DNA from: Gemmatimonadota bacterium
Lineage (GTDB): Bacteria; JBHIER01; G020348925
Assembly: GCA_020348925.1 (NCBI GenBank)
Contig: CP070758.1
Location: 496,001-560,000, forward strand
DNA length: 64,000 nucleotides
Reading direction: 5' to 3'
Below are positions 60,598 to 64,000 of this stretch, one piece after another. The position numbers were made by a program, and so were the translations under genes. Numbering within the stretch: the first letter of the stretch is position 1; every line of letters begins with the position of its first letter. Under the pieces are notes generated by a model. The model was not told the origin of the DNA. It saw only the letters and a program-made list of their open reading frames with translations, and made no database searches.

Positions 60598-61394
60598 CTA
60601 TTTGCCATTTGACTATTTTATCCCCCGAATTGGGATCGAAAATTTTTAGGACTCTGTCTAAATGAGATGAATTGCCCGTGTGCAAGGTAAATCATGATTT
60701 GTTGTTGGGGATTTTCCTTTGAAGTTTGATTTCTGTAATTCTTGGGAAAATCTAATAGTATCGTTCAATATCTAGCATTGAATATTAGTTTTGAAAATCT
60801 TCACTTTCAAGAATTTTTTCAGATCCGTTCCCCAAAAGTGTTTGTTATCAAAGAAAAACCTTACTTTTGATTTATTGAGGGCGATAAATGTTTCTGACGA
60901 GAATTACAGAATTCACGAAGAGATATTTATCAGGTACCTATCGGCCACGTTCACCCGGCAGGCCATTCCTGCACTGTTGAAAGAAAGAAGCTTGGGTGGC
61001 AGTTGAGCCATTTTGAAAACGCAAGGATATGAATCCACGGTTTTCGCCTTTCTCAATTTCCCACCTTCTAATCACTTTACATGCCTTATTGTACAGCCTG
61101 TCTTGTAAAACCCCACGAGCTCTTAGATATTTAAAAAAGTACTTGACAACAAATTTAGAATATCTTAATCTTACCTTTCTAAAAAGGTCCTTGTCAGGCA
61201 AAAAGATGAAATTCTGGGTTCATGCTGAACCTATAGATAATATACAATAAACCTGTCAGTTGCATAGATGTCAACCCGGAAGTGATGGATATACGAACAG
61301 AACCAATTAAACAGATTGAACTCACGACGCTGTCGAGGTACACACTTCACCCTCTAATCCTCGATTTTATCGGGAATCAGAAAGGAGGAAGCAA

Positions 61395-63286
61395 ATGACT
61401 AAGCACCATATAGTCCTTTGCATCGTCATCGCCCTGACACTGGCGATGGCACTTGCTTCCCTGGCTGATGTGCCGCAGCTTATCAGTTTTCAGGGCAAAC
61501 TGAGTGACAATGTCGGCAATCCATTAAACGGTCACTACGAAATCACTTTTCGCATCTATAATGTCCAATCGGGAGGAACACCCCTCTGGTCGGAGACACT
61601 GAATGTGCAGTGCGAGGATGGACTGTACAGTGTTATTCTTGGAAAGATCAGCCTCATCGCTCTCGACTTCGCCGGTCAGTATTGGCTGGGTGTCCAGATC
61701 ACAGGTGAGGGTGAGCTCTCGCCCAGGTACGAGTTAACCTCTGTTCCAGGAGCCTTCAGGGCCGCTGTGGCCGACTCTGCGGTAACATCCGCCTCAGCGG
61801 TTAACGCAGATAAAGTGGACAATAGAGATGCCGATGATTTTGCTGTCTCTGATCATCAGCACGACGATCGCTACTACACTGAGATGGAATTGAATACATC
61901 AGATGGCAACCCGCCCAATGAGGGTTCCAACCGAATGAGCTGGGATAACCTGACCGACGTACCCGCAGGTTTTGCAGATGGTACTGACGAAGTTGGTGAA
62001 CCTGGTCAAAGTCTGTCTCAGGTAAGTGCAGGTACCGGCATCAACGTAACTGACCCAACGGGTCCGACAGCAACTGTGGCCCACGCGACCGATGCGTCAG
62101 CCCTGCCTAATGCCCACCACACCAAGACCACCTCTGCCTCTGAATTGAATTCGGGAACTTTGGATAACGCCCGTTTTTCGGCTTACAGCGATCTGGGTGC
62201 CGAAGGGAAGATTGGGACCGGTTCTGACCAAGTGTCAACTGGCGATCACAACCACGACGCTGATTATGTGAACGCTGGCCAGGATAATTCCATCACCAGT
62301 GGGATGATCGTAAATGGTACGATACAGCAGGCAGATGTTTCTTTCTCTATAGGAGATGGCCACTCGCTTGATGCGGCCGACGGAGATCCGACGGATGTAG
62401 TGTATGTGGATAATACTGGGAAAGTTGGCATCGGGATAACGAATCCGTCAGAGAAATTGGATGTTGAAGGAAGTATTCGTGCAAGCGGTACTGTCAGCAG
62501 CGGAAATTCGGTGACTATTGACGGGTCAAATCACCGCATCAATTCTTCCGACACATTTGAACTATATGTGAATGGGGATCGTGCTCTTCGCATTGAATCC
62601 CAATCTGAATTTCCGACTATCATAGGGGGATTCAGTGAGAATGTCGTCAAGACAGGTGTGTGGGGTGCTGTTATTGCTGGGGGCGGAGAAATAGACAGAA
62701 TCAATCAGGTAACTGATAGATATGGCACAGTGGGGGGGGGCTCCGGAAATCAGGCTGGCGACAACGAGGGAACGATAACCGACGCCATCTACGCCACCGT
62801 TGGTGGGGGCACTATCAATACAGCCAGCGGGAGTAATGCCACAGTCAGCGGGGGCAAATACAATACAGCCAGCGGGAGTGGTGCCACAGTCAGCGGGGGC
62901 GCATTCAATACAGCGGGCGGAGTTAACGCCACTGTCAGCGGGGGGCAAAGCAACATCGCCAGTAGCTACAGGGCCACGGTCGGCGGGGGAGAAAACAACG
63001 AAGCCAGCGGTTCCAGAGGCACCATTAGCGGAGGCGGTGGCAACGAAGCTGGTGGCGGTTTTTCCACCGTTGGCGGGGGTTACCACAATACAGCGAGCGG
63101 AGATTACGCTACTGTCAGTGGGGGGGATGGCAACATCGCCAGTGGCCACAGTGCCAACATCGGCGGGGGAGCAAACAACGAAGCCAGTGGTTACACCGCA
63201 ACTGTTCCAGGAGGGCGAGATAACTCCGCCGTTAGGTCTTACAGTTTTGCCGCCGGCCGGCGGGCTAAGGCCAATCATGAAGGAAC
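61395..63286 (+). CDS. Secreted fibre/adhesin-like protein with 14-aa Gly-rich repeats, 3' truncated at gap
   Basis: AAGGAGG RBS, signal peptide, VPQLISFQGKL domain, GKVGIGITNPSEKLDV motif, repeated ATVSGGxxNxASG. Confidence 0.8.
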
Positions 63287-63386
63287 NNNNNNNNNNNNNN
63301 NNNNNNNNNNNNNNNNNNNNNNNNNNNNNNNNNNNNNNNNNNNNNNNNNNNNNNNNNNNNNNNNNNNNNNNNNNNNNNNNNNNNNN

Positions 63387-64000
63387 CCTTCAAAGAGAGG
63401 AAAGCTCACATTGAGTCCCACGCTCCAATCCGTATCGTCTCTCTCTGGCAATGAGGGGATCAGGCTCAACCCGCTCTCCGAGCCGACTCCACTTCGAGAA
63501 AAAATATGATCGACTTCACCCTGGAGAGCAACAGTCGGAGCCCAAAAGCTGTTTGTGGCGGAACTCACAACACGCTGCTGAGCAGCAATGGCCGCATCCA
63601 GTGACAGGAGCTCAGGGGAATTGAGAAAACCCTCCTCAACAGCGAAGGCCCGGAACACCCGAAAGGACTGGGGGTCTCCCAAATATCGGATTAATCGCTC
63701 TTCGGCCGATAGTAAACCCGGTGCTTCAAAATCCGCCTCTTTAGTCCGGAAGGCCTCTTCGGCTGGACGGTGGAGCAGTCTATTCAAATCTATTTCTGTT
63801 AGGTTGCGCTGCGAATTGGACTCGATGACCTTTTTTCTGTTCGTAGCAATCTCGCTCTCCCATCGATAGACTTCGGCAGGCCCTGCGCTGCCAACCATCT
63901 CTCGAACCCTGGCCAACTCCAGATGAGAACGCGTCTGTTTTAAATTCTCCTTCTGGATTTGCTCAATAGTCTTCGCTTTCAAAACATTTAAATAGGCAGT
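63387..64000 (-). CDS. TolC family outer-membrane protein, fragment truncated at both ends
   Basis: TAYLNVLKAK...HLELARVR..VG, NSPEL, FWAPTVALQG, WSVGLNVSFPLF. Confidence 0.8.

Noticed and set aside
60791-61250. Short ORFs between the FISUMP and fibre genes as possible DGR accessory genes or template repeat
   Set aside because: AT-rich, no AAC-rich copy of the variable region and no Avd or RT motifs.
62790-63230. CRISPR-like periodic repeats
   Set aside because: 42-bp period is in frame and encodes protein repeats; no unique spacers or cas genes. No CRISPR array seen in the window.

Overview
Bacterial sequence, probably from a metagenome-assembled genome of an FCB-superphylum lineage (KSB1/Zixibacteria/Latescibacteria-like; inferred from QNYPNPFNP-type C-terminal sorting domains and abundant dockerins, not from a marker gene). 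Six 100-N gaps (9110-9209, 14809-14908, 17559-17658, 30088-30187, 46642-46741, 63287-63386) split it into seven pieces, so adjacency across gaps is unreliable and several ORF-track entries are chimeras. Ordinary content: SSS symporter, envelope/glycosylation genes, fxsA, dusB-larB-larC-ECF ATPase, rpsT/holA, NhaC antiporter, tungstate-related genes, and a block of small redox/transport genes. Notable content: (1) eight secreted dockerin proteins with mostly non-cellulolytic cargo, two of them cohesin-dockerin-cohesin-sorting-domain proteins, suggesting a non-cellulosomal surface complex; (2) a dockerin protein whose FISUMP C-terminus has a codon pattern expected of a diversity-generating retroelement target; (3) two promoter-led structured intergenic RNAs I cannot assign to a family; (4) two c-di-GMP-I riboswitches; (5) a CxxU AhpD-like selenoprotein truncated by the ORF caller; (6) a tandem array of transglutaminase-like paralogs.
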